Assembly: GCA_963813715.1 (NCBI GenBank)
Contig: CAWFAK010000016.1
Span: 96,001-160,000 of the forward strand
Reading direction: 5' to 3'
Length of the DNA stretch: 64,000 nt
DNA from: an uncultured Planctomycetaceae bacterium
Lineage (GTDB): Bacteria; Planctomycetota; Planctomycetia; Planctomycetales; Planctomycetaceae
The notes below the pieces were generated by a model. That model ran no database searches and was not told where the DNA came from. It worked only from the letters and a program-made list of their open reading frames with translations. Of the stretch, positions 43,992 to 56,859 are shown in pieces. The position numbers were made by a program, and so were the translations under genes. Positions within the stretch are counted from its first letter, which is position 1. The number at the start of each line of letters is the position of its first letter.

Positions 43992-44022
43992 GTATCAGTC
44001 AGGGAACGGCCGCGAACTGAAC

Positions 44023-44088
44023 CTAAGACCTCTCCGCACAGGGCGGAAGGATAAGCAGCAGGTTCAGCAGTAGACGGCGACCGAACAC
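44023..44088 (-). promoter_or_regulatory. leuL: Leu-rich leader peptide (MFGRRLLLNLLLILPPCAERS) of the leuA attenuator
   Basis: GTG start with AAGG upstream; 7 Leu in 9 codons, including a rare CTA; stop region can pair with the terminator 5' arm. Confidence 0.82.
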
Positions 44089-44243
44089 GTTTTCAACCTT
44101 TTGTAAAAGGACACTGCGAGTCTAGCCCGGGGCGGTCGGGAGGTCAAGTGGCGTGTTTCGCAGCTGGCGCTGCCGAGGATCCGCTTTCAAAAACGGTTTA
44201 GCTCGTGCGAGTAAAGTGCAAATCTGCCGCGGCGATCGCGCGG

Positions 44244-44854
44244 TTACCGCGTCTGGCGGCCCGCTGCGGCCGGGGCTTGCGACGCCTCGATTGGCACCTC
44301 GCGGATCACGATGCGACCGGCTCTCGTCGCTTGGGGACCGATCGACATCGCGCGGACGAATGTGACGATCCGACGGCTGGCGAAGTACGCGGTTTGTCGC
44401 GTGCGGAATCGCAGCAGACAATATCGCTCTTCGAGCCGAGTCTTCACAAGAGCGGCGCCAGCGGTGACCTGAGTGGCACCGTTCCCCGGATCGATGCCCA
44501 GGATTCCCGCGACGGCCAGTCGTTCGATGGAGACCTCGGTGACGATTCCGTTTGCCGTTCCGTCGAGAGACGGCCGCATTTTTCCCGCCGCTAGCAGCGC
44601 CTGAAGCGTGAGTACGGCCCGGCTCCGGCTAGTTTCACTCTCATCCAGAGTGACGGACGTCGCGGGACTCGCCGTCCGGTTGACGGTCGGAATCGCGACG
44701 TCCCGGCCGAACCGAGTGAGGAAGGCGACGTTGGTCGCACGGCGCGCTCGGCGCGGACGATCGCCAATTGCTCGGCTTGATAGCGTCCGTCCGAGGACCA
44801 AAGGGCCCCGAAGGCGGCCATCGCCGCGATCAGCACGAAGACCCGCAGATTCAT
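44244..44854 (-). CDS. Hypothetical secreted protein (possibly frameshifted, extent uncertain)
   Basis: MNLRVFVLIAAMAAFGALWSSD signal-like start. Confidence 0.4.
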
Positions 44855-45187
44855 CAAACGCCCGTCCTTGCCTGTCGCCAATCGCCGGTGTCAGTCTTGC
44901 GGAGTTCGCCTGCGTCCGGCACGGGGCGAGGCGCGCAAGCGCTCGCTTCCCGCCGGGATGTCAAAGAATATCAACGCGCGCTGAGTGTCCGTTGCAATCA
45001 ACTGCCACCGCCCCCACGGACTTCCGTCGATCGAGCGTTCAAGAAACGACTCTGCCGATCGGTCGTGTCGTACGTATGGTTACGTGGTTGCGGGTTTGCC
45101 AGGGAATCTTCGAGTGCCCAGACGGCAGACGCCGGCTCGTTCCCGCCGGGCGCTCAGCCCGCAGCCCATCCGTTACAATCGATCGGA

Positions 45188-46508
45188 ATGGACGCAAGGA
45201 CAATCCCAGCCGTCGATCGCCATCCAGCCGCTCGGGCGGCCGATCCGGGCGACGGTCCGTCCGCCGGGCTCCAAGAGCATCACGAACCGCGCGCTGGTCG
45301 TGGCTGCCTTGGCCGACGGAACGTCGCGGCTGACCAGCGCGCTCGACAGCGACGACACTCGAGTGATGATCGAGAGCCTGCGGCGGCTCGGCCTGCGGGT
45401 CTCACACGATCCGGCTTCTCAAGCGATCGAAATTGACGGTTGTGCGGGGCGGCCGCCGGCCGACGCCGCCGAACTCTGGCTGGAAAACAGCGGAACCAGC
45501 ATTCGGTTCCTGACCGCGGCCGCCTGCCTGGGACGAGGCACCCGGCGGCTCGACGGTAATGCGCGGATGCGCCTGCGGCCGATCCGTCCGCTTTGCGATG
45601 CCTTGAACGAGTTAGGCGCGTCCGTCCGTTGCGAGGGAGACCGCGGTTGCCCGCCGGTTTCCGTTCGGGCGAACGGACTGCCAGGCGGGAGGGCGACCGT
45701 CGCGGCCGATCTGTCGAGCCAGTTTTTGAGCGCTCTGCTCCTGTCGGCTCCCTGTGCCGAGAGTGGTGTCGAACTGGCCTTGCAGGGGCCGCTCGTCTCG
45801 GAGCCCTATGTTGCGATGACGGTCCGACTGATGGCAGACTTTGGTGTGCAGGTCGCGATGCGGCCGGGGAGTTACGGTATCGAGCCACAGCGCTATCGCG
45901 GGCGAACGTTCGCCATCGAGCCCGACGCGTCGGCCGCCAGCTATTTCTTTGCCGCTGCCGCCATTACCGGCGGAGACGTGACGGTGCAGGGATTGTCGCG
46001 CGAATCGCTGCAGGGGGATGTGGAGTTTGTGAAGGTGCTCGAACAGATGGGCTGCAGAGTCGAGTGGGACAAGAAAGCGATTCGTGTTCAAGGAGGATCG
46101 CTGCAGGGCGTCGACGTCGACATGAACGCCATCAGCGATACGGCCCAAACGCTGGCGGCGGTGGCAGTCTTCGCCGAGGGTCCGACGCGGATCCGCAATA
46201 TCGCTCACGTCCGCCACAAAGAGACCGACCGAATTCGAGCAGTAGTCACCGAACTCAATCGGCTTGGGATCGACGCCCAAGAGCAGGACGACGGCCTCGC
46301 GATTCAACCGCCGGCGGGCGCATCGCCGCGGATTCGCCCGACCGTTGTCGAGACGTACGATGATCACCGGATGGCGATGAGCTTTGCACTCATCGGACTG
46401 CGAGCCGCGGGGATTCGCATCGCCAACCCGTCCTGCGTCGCCAAAACGTATCCGGCGTTCTTCGATGACCTGGCGGCTGCCTGCCGCGGCGCTGGGGAGG
46501 CTGTGTGA
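45188..46508 (+). CDS. aroA: EPSP synthase, frameshift in the first codons
   Basis: [59 protein letters not shown]. Confidence 0.95.
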
Positions 46509-47953
46509 AGCACGCTCCTCGCAAGCGGCATTTTCGGAGGGAACGGGCGGTTGCCCAGGGGCGGAGCGCGCGCGACGTCTCCTTTGCCGTCTTGAGTGAG
46601 TACAAGAATGGCGGCCGCTTTGTGTCGACTCTGCTTGAGCCGTTTTTCCAAAATGGGGCCTTCGCGTCGGCCGACGAGCGGCGCCTGGCGGTGGAGCTGA
46701 CGAACGGCGTCGTCCGCCGCGAAGCCACGCTTGACGCGATCCTCCGACCGCTCATTCAGCGCCCGCGACACCGGATCGAGGGAGAGTTGTGGACACTGTT
46801 GCAGCTCGGCGCCTACCAGCTCGTATTCCTTGACTCGGTTCCCGCCTACGCGGCTGTCAACGAGACTGTGGCCCTGGCCAAAGCAATCGGCCGCGAACGC
46901 TGGTCGGGATTTCTGAACGGCGTGCTGCGCAGCGTCGAGCGCATGCTCACCGACGAACTGCAAACGGCACCAGGTCCGTCGGCGGTGCCCCTCTCGGAGG
47001 GGCGCTTTCGGTGCTTGTCCAACGCTTTCTTTCCCGAACCGTCGGTTGATCCCGCCGAATACTTTGCCGAGGCGTTCAGCTTTCCACGCTGGCTTGCCGG
47101 CCGCTGGCTCGAGCGGTTTGACTTCGAGGAGTTGTGCCGCATCGGGTTTTGGTTCAATCATCCGGCTGCGCTGACGCTGCGTGTGAATTCACTGAAGACG
47201 AATCGTGACAGACTACTGAAGGCACTGGCCGAGGGCGGAGTCGTTGCGAGCGAGGGAGCGCTGCCCGCCGCGATTCGTTTGGAAGGATCGGCTCGCGTCG
47301 ACACTTTGCCCGGATTCGCCGAAGGTCTGTTTTCCGTGCAGGACGAGTCGGCCATGCAGGCAGTCGAGCGATTGGCTCCCAAGGCGGGTGAAACGGTTCT
47401 CGACCTGTGTGCCGCTCCGGGAACGAAGACGACCCATATCGCCGAGCGAATGGACAATCGGGGCACGATTGTTGCCACGGACATCCGGGCGGATCGCCTG
47501 GCGCGCGTAACCGAGAATTGCATACGCCTGGGAATCTCGATCGTCCAGCCGCTGCTCGTCGGCGAGCATCAACAGGCCTCGCCCGACGCGACGACCGCTC
47601 TCGGTCCGGCCGCTGGTCCCTTCGACGCAATTCTGGCGGACGTCCCCTGCTCGAACACGGGCGTGTTGGGCAAACGCCCGGAGGCCCGCTGGCGGATCAA
47701 GCCCGCCGAGATCGACGAGTTGGCGGCTCAGCAGCTGGAGCTGCTGCAGTCCGCGTGCCGTCGGCTGCGTCCCGGCGGGCGGATCCTTTACTCGACTTGC
47801 AGCATCGAACCCCAGGAGAACGCACAAGTCGTCCGTGCCGTGCTGGACCGCGAGCGGACACTGTCGCTCGCGGAAGAATGGCAACAGGTCCCCGGCCGCC
47901 CGAGCGACGGTGGGTACCAGGCTCTGTTGGTCCGCAGCTCCGAGGTGACGTAA
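46505..47953 (+). CDS. rsmB: 16S rRNA m5C967 methyltransferase with NusB-like N-terminus
   Basis: [42 protein letters not shown]. Confidence 0.9.
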   Translation: MKHAPRKRHFRRERAVAQGRSARDVSFAVLSEYKNGGRFVSTLLEPFFQNGAFASADERRLAVELTNGVVRREATLDAILRPLIQRPRHRIEGELWTLLQLGAYQLVFLDSVPAYAAVNETVALAKAIGRERWSGFLNGVLRSVERMLTDELQTAPGPSAVPLSEGRFRCLSNAFFPEPSVDPAEYFAEAFSFPRWLAGRWLERFDFEELCRIGFWFNHPAALTLRVNSLKTNRDRLLKALAEGGVVASEGALPAAIRLEGSARVDTLPGFAEGLFSVQDESAMQAVERLAPKAGETVLDLCAAPGTKTTHIAERMDNRGTIVATDIRADRLARVTENCIRLGISIVQPLLVGEHQQASPDATTALGPAAGPFDAILADVPCSNTGVLGKRPEARWRIKPAEIDELAAQQLELLQSACRRLRPGGRILYSTCSIEPQENAQVVRAVLDRERTLSLAEEWQQVPGRPSDGGYQALLVRSSEVT

Positions 47954-48082
47954 GACTGCGGACGTCGGGCGAATTGAGTTGAGCGTCCCCGTCTCGGCCC
48001 GTTAGACTGGCGATTGACAGACGTCCAACCCGCCGAAGCACCGCCCACTCTCACGCCTTGTCGCCTTCGAGGACTTCGCACG

Positions 48083-48982
48083 ATGAAATGCCTTTCCGTC
48101 GCCCTGTTCCTGGTGATTCTCTCGGCCTCGGCAGTCCAAAGCGCGGACAAGAAACCCAAGCCGGCCCCCGCGAAACCCGAACCGACCAAACCCGCACCCG
48201 CTCCGGAGAAAAAGGCCCCGGCTCCGCTCTTTGCCGACAAGGCCGTCGAGGCGGCGGTGCGGGAAGATCTGAAAAAGGGTGAGAAAGAGGACCTGAAAGA
48301 GGAGGATTTGTCGAACCTCTATTTCCTTCACGGGGCCAATCGGAAGATCAAGAGTCTGGCCGGACTCGAAAAGTGTGTGAACGTGGAGTCGCTGGAGCTG
48401 GCCGGCAACGAAATCGTCGATCTCAAGCCGCTCTCGCCGCTGGTCAACGTACAAACGCTCGACCTCGCGCGGAATCAGATCAGCGATGTCGCACCGCTCG
48501 CCCCGCTGGTGAAGCTGCAATACCTCAAGCTCGACTCGAACAAGATCGAGAGCCTGCAGCCGCTCAAGGACTTGAAGAAGCTGACAACGCTCGATCTCTC
48601 CAAGAACAAGGTGCGGTCGCTGGAAACCGTCGCTGGACTCGAAAAACTGGTTTCGCTGTACCTCGAGGGGGACCAGGTGAGCGATCTATCGCCCCTCAAG
48701 GGACTAAAGTGGATCGAGGAGCTTGATCTCCGCGGCAACCAGGTAAGCGACCTGTCTCCCCTCTCGGGAATGACCGAGCTCCGCCACACCATGCTCGAAG
48801 GCAACAAAGTCACCGATCTCGCGGTGCTGGTGGCGATGGCCAAGAAGGACGCCGAGGGAGATCGGCGGTTTGCCCCTTATTGGTTTCTCTACTTGAAGGG
48901 AAACCCGCTGACCGAGACGGCCGCCAAGCAACAAGTGGCCGAGCTCAAGTCGTATAACGTGCGGGTCGACCTGGAAAAGTGA
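48083..48982 (+). CDS. Secreted internalin-like leucine-rich repeat protein
   Basis: Signal peptide, Pro/Lys linker, several LxxLxLxxNxIxDLxPL repeats. Confidence 0.9.
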   Translation: MKCLSVALFLVILSASAVQSADKKPKPAPAKPEPTKPAPAPEKKAPAPLFADKAVEAAVREDLKKGEKEDLKEEDLSNLYFLHGANRKIKSLAGLEKCVNVESLELAGNEIVDLKPLSPLVNVQTLDLARNQISDVAPLAPLVKLQYLKLDSNKIESLQPLKDLKKLTTLDLSKNKVRSLETVAGLEKLVSLYLEGDQVSDLSPLKGLKWIEELDLRGNQVSDLSPLSGMTELRHTMLEGNKVTDLAVLVAMAKKDAEGDRRFAPYWFLYLKGNPLTETAAKQQVAELKSYNVRVDLEK

Positions 48983-49008
48983 CGGTTGTCAGCGGCCGTG
49001 CGGTGGCG

Positions 49009-50959
49009 TCAGACGATGGCCGGCGCGCTCGACTGCACGTCGGCCAGGAACAGCCGATATTGCGACAGCAGATCGTCGGCGCGGTTCTTCTCGAGCAGAC
49101 CCAACGTCGTCAGCGTCCGCGCCAGCAGATTGGGCGGCTCGGCCTGAATGGCCAGCAGTACGGCCAGCTGATCCTCGCTGATGAGACCGCAGGCGACCGC
49201 GCACGTGCCGAACCGTTCCCCCGTTGAGCGCTGCTTGTTCCGCACCTCTTCGATCTGGTGCGTCGTAAGCAGGCCCAAGAGCTGAGCCAGCGATCCGATC
49301 CGCAGCCGCTCCGACGACGTTTCGAGCAGGGCTCGTGAGATTGTCGGAATATCGAAGATGCCGTTTTGGACCAGCCAACGGCTGAACCGCTTCTGCGCGA
49401 TCAGCTGAGCCAACTGGCGATCCTTGCCGTCGATCAGCGAGCGGACGTGATATTGGTTGCGGCCGCCGTTCTTGGATTCGTACATCGCCTCGTCGGCCGC
49501 CGCCACCAGCCGCAGCGCGAGGTCACCCGGTTCGCGTTCGGGCAACGCGACGGCCGCTCCGATGCTGATGGTGACGGGGACCCGCTTGCCCTCGAAGAAA
49601 AACTCGTGCCCCTCGACGGCTTCGCGGAGCCGGCCCGCCAGCTTTTCCAGTCCTTTTTCACTCGGCTGATGGACCAGCACGACAAATTCTTCGCCCCCGT
49701 AGCGGGCGACGACGTCCGAGCGGCGGAGAGCTTCGGTATGGATGCGGGAGACGGCGCACAGCACCTGATCGCCGAACTGGTGGCCGTAGGTGTCGTTGAT
49801 CCGCTTGAAGTGGTCGATGTCGCTGAACAGGACGGCCAGCAGCCCGGCTGACCGGCTGGCCCCGCCGATCGCCGCGTTCAGCGCCTCGGCAAAGAATGCG
49901 CGATTGTAAAGATTTGTGAGGGCGTCGCGGGTCGCCCGCTCCTGCAGTTCCTGGTTCTTGGTGGCGAGTTGCTGCTTTTCGTGCTCGACGGCTTCCCGCT
50001 GCATTTCCACGCGAGTGCTGGCCATGTGCTCGCGGACGGCGACCTGGGCCAATTGCTCGCTGGCGTCGGCCATCAGATCGACGGAAGTGCCCAGCCCTTC
50101 GAAGCTCACGGAAAACAGGTGACCCGCGCGGTCGATCCGTTCGCGCGTCTTGGCCAGGTATTCCTCGACGGCCCTGCGATCCATTTGAAAGAAGGTCGAC
50201 GCGAACTGTTCCATCCGCAAAAGAGCGTTTCCTCTGTCCGGCGTGCAGAAGTAATCGCCGACGGTCGCCGCCGTGGCAATCACTCGATCGCCGGTAGTGT
50301 CGTCAACGCCCAGCTCGGCCAGCACGCGTTCGGCCGACAGGTGGTGCCGCAAGACCGCGTCGATCAGCTTTGTCGGCAGTCTCCACTGCTGCATCAACGC
50401 CGCGCCGATGGAGACGTGATCGATTCCCAAACGGCCGCGTTCGAGTTCCGGCAGCGAACCTCCTTGCGATTCCCAATCGACGAGGACCGGCAAGTAGTCC
50501 TGCGACGCTGTTCTTGAGGATGGCGAGCCGTCCCAGGTCCAAGAGCAGCCCGGTGAGAAAACAGTCGCTGGAGAGGGTCTTCGCGTAATGCTCGGCCAGC
50601 ACCTCGGCGGCCACCGCCTGCACGATCGACTGCTTCCAGTACGCAGTGTAGTGCTGCGCCAGCGGGCCGGACGCCATGGCCGCATCGACGAGCGAAAAGC
50701 TCAGGGCCAGCGTCGTCACCACCGTGGTACCGAGCAACGGCACCGCCCGCTCGATCGAGGTCACGGGCGACTTGAATCCAAAGAACGAGGAGTTGGCCGC
50801 CTTGAGGATCTTGGTGGCAATCGCCGGGTCGGCCTTCACCACGTCGATCACGTCGTTGAATTCCGTTTCGGGATCGCGGGCCAGGTCCAGTAGCTTCATC
50901 GCGACGGAGGGCAGCGTCGGCAGTTGCGATGAAGCCAGAATCTTTTTCGGATCGATCAT
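49009..50959 (-). CDS. HDOD-GGDEF diguanylate cyclase with C-terminal MshEN-like repeats, frameshift near 50507
   Basis: [26 protein letters not shown] (HDOD); [37 protein letters not shown]. Confidence 0.9.
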
Positions 50960-51274
50960 CGAGGTGCTCGGTCGAGGGATGGGGCCTCGAAGTCGCGGTC
51001 ACCGAGTGGAAACAATGTCCCACTCGGGCTGCGACATGCACGAGTGAATATATCCCACGAACCGGGGCTGGCCGGTTATGTTTCAGACTGCTCTCTACGG
51101 AGCCAGGCCGCGCCGGCCCAACGTGCGATTCGCGCCGACTGTAAGGGATAAAAACTATACGACGGGATTTGGAAACTAACGAAAAGACGGGACATGCCGA
51201 GGGACGTATCAGTAGGACTACTGAGTGGCGAGGAGGCTGTCCGCGCCGGAGAGCACCGGTTTCTGTTCTAACCG

Positions 51275-51992
51275 CTACGAATCCGGGTCCGCGACTTTTT
51301 TCATCGAGACCGCGAGTTCCATTTCGAGTTGCAACAGCCGCTGCCAGTCGGGCCAGCTCACGCGCATCACGGGGTTGTTGCCCGGCTCTTCGATGGCGCC
51401 GTGAAGGATGCGGCGGATCTGCTCGTGGCAGTATCCCAGCACGTCGGAAACCTGCGCCTCGTTGCAGCGGACGCAAACCGCGCGGCGGCTCCGGCGGACC
51501 ATTGGGGAACAGGTCGATCGACAGATCGTCGGGTTCGCGCTCGCCTGGGCCATGCTGACCGGCCCCGCCATAGGAGGTGCCGTCGTCGTAGGGATCGGGA
51601 CCGAATTGAGTTCCGTTGGATTGGGGCGCCGCTTCGGCCGTGCTCTCCGAGGGCCCGCGTCCTTCGGCCAAGAGCTGCGCGAGGCGGCTGCGGATCTCTT
51701 CGGGGCTGCCGTACACAAGCAGGCAACGGCCGATCGCAATCTGATCGCCGATCTGCAGCACGCGCATCTGGATCGGATGACCATTAATCCGCGTACCGTT
51801 GGTGCTCTCGAGATCCGTCAGGATCAGCTTGCCGCCATCTTCCTGAATCTTCGCGTGAAAACGGCTGACGCGTTCGTCATTCAGGCGGACGCTGTTTTCG
51901 TCCTCGCGGCCGAGCGTGACGGGAGTGTTCAGCTTTCGAAAGATCAGGCCGCGTTCGAGCCCTTCGAGCAACTGTAAAGTGACCTGCGCCAT
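51275..51992 (-). CDS. FHA domain protein, frameshift near 51460
   Basis: LGRE, VSRFHA, DLESTNGT. Confidence 0.88.
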
Positions 51993-52381
51993 GCCAGGAA
52001 TTATCCACGCGGTCCAAAAGCTTCGGCGCGGGCGCGCACGAGCCTCGACGACTGCCCGCTTTTCTTTTTAACGCCGTTGATTCATCTGCGTCAACACTCT
52101 GTTGTAGCCGGGCCGCCGCATGGATGCGAGTACAGCGAACAGGCGATTACAGCCGCAAATGGGGCAGTTCCGCCGCATGGCCCATCCGCTTCAGTTACGG
52201 CGCGCAATCGAAAACGCCTCCCACGGGGACGTTCGGCTGCGGTGCGCATCCAGTGAAACTTGCCGCCCGCTTCACCGCAATCGGGACCACATGTCGATTC
52301 CTGAGCCCGATCGGAGCTGACTGCCGCGAAATCGCATGAAGTGGCAACCACCCACTCTCCGCGCTTAGAATCACGCCAGCT

Positions 52382-54882
52382 ATGGCGACAGAAGCCCCTT
52401 CGCGCGACGAGCTGGCCGCAAAATACCTCGATCAGCTTCCCTACACTCCCTATCCGGTGCAGGAAGAGGCGCTGCTCACGTGGTTTACCAGCGACGAAGG
52501 GTTGATGGTCTGCGCCCGACCGGCACCGGCAAGACCGTAATTGCGGAGGCCGCCCTCTTCGAGGCGCTGCATACTGGTAGAACTGCTTATTACACCACGC
52601 CGCTGATCGCGCTCACAGAGCAGAAGTTTCGCGAGATGCAGGCGTCCGCCGTCCGCTGGGGATTCTCGGCCGACGACGTCGGGCTGGTCACCGGCAACCG
52701 CACCGTCAACCCGCAGGCTCGTATTCTGGTCGTCGTTGCCGAGATCCTGCTGAATCGCTTGCTGCATCCGACGGCCTTCGACTTCAGCATCGTGTCGACT
52801 GTGGTGATGGACGAGTTCCACAGCTTTGCCGATCCGGAGCGCGGCGTCGTCTGGGAACTGTCGCTGGCCATGCTGCCGCCGCACGTTCGCGTGCTGCTCC
52901 TCTCTGCCACTGTGGGCAACGCGGTGGAGTTTATCGTGTGGCTCAATCGCAGCCTGGATCGCAAGGTGCAGCTAGTGCAAAGCACCGAGCGCAAGGTGCC
53001 GTTGACCTACGTGTGGGTGCCGGACGAGCTGCTCAACGAACAACTCGAGATGATGGCCGCGGGCGAGGAAGCCGATCGGCGAATCCCCGCGCTGGTCTTC
53101 TGTTTTAATCGCGACGAGTGCTGGTCGGTGGCCGAACAGCTCAAGGGAAAAAGCCTGCTGAGCGACGGCCAGCAAAAAAAGCTCGTCGATGAGTTGGCCA
53201 AGCACGATTGGTCGAAGGGGGCCGGCCCGAAGCTCAAACAGGTCCTGCAGCGCGGCGTCGGCATCCATCACGCGGGCATCCTGCCGAAATACCGCCGCAT
53301 TGTCGAAGAGCTGTTCCAGCGCAAGCTGCTCTCCGTTTGCGTCTGCACAGAAACTCTGGCCGCCGGTATCAACCTGCCGGCCCGCTCGGTGGTGCTCACC
53401 ACGTTGGTCAAGGGGCCGCCCGGCAAGAAAGATCTGATCGACCCGAGCAGCGCACATCAGATGTTCGGCCGCGCCGGCCGCCCGCAGTTCGACACGCAAG
53501 GATTTGTTTACGCACTGGCCCACGAGGACGACGTCAAGATTCTCCGCTTCAAGGAGCGGATCAATCAGATTCCCGAAAACACCAAGGATCCGCTCCTGAT
53601 CCGCGGCCGCAAAAAGCTCGAAAAGCAAATGCCCACGCGGAGCAAGACCGAAAAATATTGGGAGGCCGTCCACTTCGAGAAGATGCGGACCGCTCCGCCC
53701 GGCAAGCTCTACAGTAAAGGGCAACTTCCCTGGCGGCTGTTGGCGTACCTGTTGGAGATTTCGCCCGATGTTGAACGGCTGAGGTCCGTCGTACGCAAGC
53801 GATTGATGGACGCTCCGCGGATCGAGGCTGGACAAAAACAGCTCTTGCGGATGTTGATGTCGCTGTGGGGCGGCGGCTATGTCCGACTCGAGCCGGAACC
53901 GCCGCCTCCCGAAGAGCCCGCGGCGGCCGGCGGCTCTGCTCCGGCAAGTGGCACGGCAAAGGCTGCCCCCGCGCCGCCCGTGATGGGATCGTTCGGATCG
54001 CTCCTGTCGGCTGCCCGCGAAGGTGATCGTCCGGCGCCGGGCGAAAAGGGCAGCGCCCTGACCGGCCCGCGAATCATTGGATTGGCCGGTCCCGCTGAGG
54101 TTGTGCGTGAAGTCTATCAACCGAAGTTCGCTCATCCGACGCCCGAGCTGGCAAACTTGCTCGTCTTTCGCAGCATCAATCCGCTCTATGGAGCCTTCTT
54201 GCTCAAGTACCTGGGCATCGCCGACCGGGACGAACGGGTGCAGGCGCTGGAAAGCATGCTCGAAGTGCCGACGTCGATTCTGCGGGATGTCCGCGTGCCG
54301 CAGCTGCGCGACCTGCCCCCCGGCCCGCTGGCCCGCGAACGGCTCGATGCGCTCCTGATCGAGCGGGGCCTCGTGACGGCCGAGCAGCTCCGCGACAAAT
54401 CCGAAGACGATGGCCTCAACTGGGAGGAGCGCTGGACCCCGTCGCTGGCCGAAAAGTTGCGGCTCCTGTTCGACTCGGAGTTCCCCGGCGTGCACGACCT
54501 GGTGACGCGGCCCGTCTGGATCGCCGGCGAAGCCCTCCGCTACGGCGGCGACTTCAACAAACTGATCACGTCGAAAGGCATCGTGCGGCAGGAGGGGGTC
54601 ATCTTCCGCCACCTGTTGCGATTCATTCTCCTCTGCGGCGAATTCTCTCAGGCGACTCCGGCCGGCATCGATCCCGAGGTCTGGCGAAAGGACCTCCGCG
54701 AACTCGCGGAGTCCATCACCAACTGCTGCCGCTCGATCGACCCGGAAAGCACCGACAAGGCAATCGAAGCCGCCCAGCACGCCCCCGACCTGGTTCGCGG
54801 CGAAGAACCGACCGCGGCCCACACGCTCCCGTCCGCGGACGATAAGGACGCGCAGGAATTTGGGATTGGGCTCGCGGAGTAA
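52382..54882 (+). CDS. Ski2/HelY-like DExH helicase, frameshift near 52517
   Basis: [45 protein letters not shown]. Confidence 0.92.
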
Positions 54883-54913
54883 CCTCTTGGTCGAGACAAC
54901 CCAACACTCACTT

Positions 54914-56680
54914 TTAGTGTGCTGGGGCTGCCGGTTTCGGGTCCACGAATTGGTCGGCCAGGCCGGCAAAGGCTCCGTTCTTTTTCATCAAGCGAATCGA
55001 GGCGAGCAACCGTTTGATTCGCTCGTGCTCGCGCGGACTCTGACGGATCACGACCAAACCGCCAAACTCGGAAATTGAAGCGTCTTCCCCCCAGGAGACC
55101 TCCGGGCCTGTCTCGACGATCGTTCGAATGAAAGGGAGCCCCCAGGCGCCCTCGATCCCGCGAACGGACGCGTGGGCAGTTATCGCCGGTTGCGGCCGCG
55201 CCGCGGGAGAGGTGTTTGCGGCTTCCGTTTGAGGCGCGGCGACGGCGGGCTCGGCCTTGTCCGGCGAGGTTTGCAAAAACCCACCGCCGAACCCTCTTTG
55301 ATCTGCCGGAGACCCAGAATCGGGACCGGCCGCGGTGAGGAGGTCGCGGCAGTCGTAAATGACGATCGAGAGATCCTCGTTGAGTTTGTCGAGTGTGCTG
55401 ATCAAGAGTGCCCCATTGCGGACCTCATACTCCACCGGGCAGTTGGACTGTTCGAAAAGCCAATGCAGCAGCTCGTGTAGCGTGATTCCAGGAATATTGA
55501 CGCGTACTTTTGTCGCCAAATTCGCGTTCGCGTCGCCGAGCGCCCTCCGGTCGATCACGATCGGAATTTGGTACCGCGTCGCAATGAACTCGACCGCGTC
55601 CTGCAAGGACTGCGGTTGGATTTGGAAATCGACCGAAGCTTTCAATGCTTCGATGATGCGTGCTTCGTTTTTGGGTCGCTCGGCGACGTCGGACCTCAAC
55701 GGGTGATCCACGGGATCGAGCTCGACGACGACCGACGCAGCCGCAGTGTGATCGTCAACGGCGCTTGCCTTTTTCCAAGGCGCTGTTTTTGTCGCGTCGG
55801 AATGGGAATCGGCAGACGCTGCAAACGCGCCATGAGTCCGCATCCAACGGAGATCTGCCAGAAGGTGACGGATTTTCTCGTGAACAAACGGGTTTTGGCG
55901 CGCGACGATCAAGCCTTCCAAGTAAACGATCGTTTCACCCGAACAGCAATCCTCCCAGTCGTCGGGACGCGTCGTCGTCGCTTTAAGCGTCGCGATTAAT
56001 TGCGCTGCCCGCGTCCGGACCGGTATCGACATCCTCTGATTCGGACCCTGCCTTGGCGGGTGGACCGGGATCAGGTCGCGACAGTCGTACACGACAATAG
56101 CCTGGTCCTCGCTGAGCTTGTCGAACGTACTAACCCAGAGCGCGCCGTTCTTGAACTCATATTCAATCGGTGCGGGTATCTGAGAAAAGAGCCAATGGAG
56201 CGTATCGTGCAGCGTGAGCGAAGACGCGTTGAGGGCGACCTCGTCGGTGACATCGATGTTCGCATCGTCAAACGATCTCTGGTCGATGACGATCGAAATC
56301 TGATAGTGACTCGCGATCAAGTCGAGCGCGTCCTTGAAAGACTGCGGCTTGATGTCGAAGTCAACCTGCGCTTTGAGTGCCGCTGTAATTCGCGATTCAT
56401 TTTTCGAGCGATAAAGGACCTCGGAACTGAGCGGATGGTCGATTGGGGCGGACTCGAGGACGATCGGAGGAGGAAGAGGCTTGCCGTCTTTGCTCGACGC
56501 CTTCGGCTTGTTACCGGCGTGTCTGCTGCCCGAGGCGCCGACGAGTGGGGTTTTCGCCTTCGGCTTTTCCTGCGCGACGACCTGGTCCGGCCCGCGAACA
56601 GCTTGGGCCGCGGGGCAAATGGCGAACGCGATCAACAACGCAGCAGTCAGGGCACCGACCGAACCGCGCGAAAGACGCAT
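54914..56680 (-). CDS. Membrane-anchored protein with two tandem STN/secretin-N-like modules; third paralog, HAAS prefix lost
   Basis: TM matches the two upstream paralogs; internal duplication (PQSxxDAxxxIAxxYQI...YDCRDL...RQxP). Confidence 0.8.
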   Translation of the reverse strand: MRLSRGSVGALTAALLIAFAICPAAQAVRGPDQVVAQEKPKAKTPLVGASGSRHAGNKPKASSKDGKPLPPPIVLESAPIDHPLSSEVLYRSKNESRITAALKAQVDFDIKPQSFKDALDLIASHYQISIVIDQRSFDDANIDVTDEVALNASSLTLHDTLHWLFSQIPAPIEYEFKNGALWVSTFDKLSEDQAIVVYDCRDLIPVHPPRQGPNQRMSIPVRTRAAQLIATLKATTTRPDDWEDCCSGETIVYLEGLIVARQNPFVHEKIRHLLADLRWMRTHGAFAASADSHSDATKTAPWKKASAVDDHTAAASVVVELDPVDHPLRSDVAERPKNEARIIEALKASVDFQIQPQSLQDAVEFIATRYQIPIVIDRRALGDANANLATKVRVNIPGITLHELLHWLFEQSNCPVEYEVRNGALLISTLDKLNEDLSIVIYDCRDLLTAAGPDSGSPADQRGFGGGFLQTSPDKAEPAVAAPQTEAANTSPAARPQPAITAHASVRGIEGAWGLPFIRTIVETGPEVSWGEDASISEFGGLVVIRQSPREHERIKRLLASIRLMKKNGAFAGLADQFVDPKPAAPAH

Positions 56681-56859
56681 CAGGAATCTCCTACGTTTGC
56701 GTCGGCCAGTCGTCGTGAATTGGGTGGCTAGGCCGAGTGACTCAATTCGTCGAGCGGTTCGACCATCGAGTGCTGGCGGGGCGCGCCGGCAGGCTCCAAG
56801 ACACCTATACGCGGTTAATCTGCGACCGGTAACAAACGGCAGCGAGATTCACGAATTCA

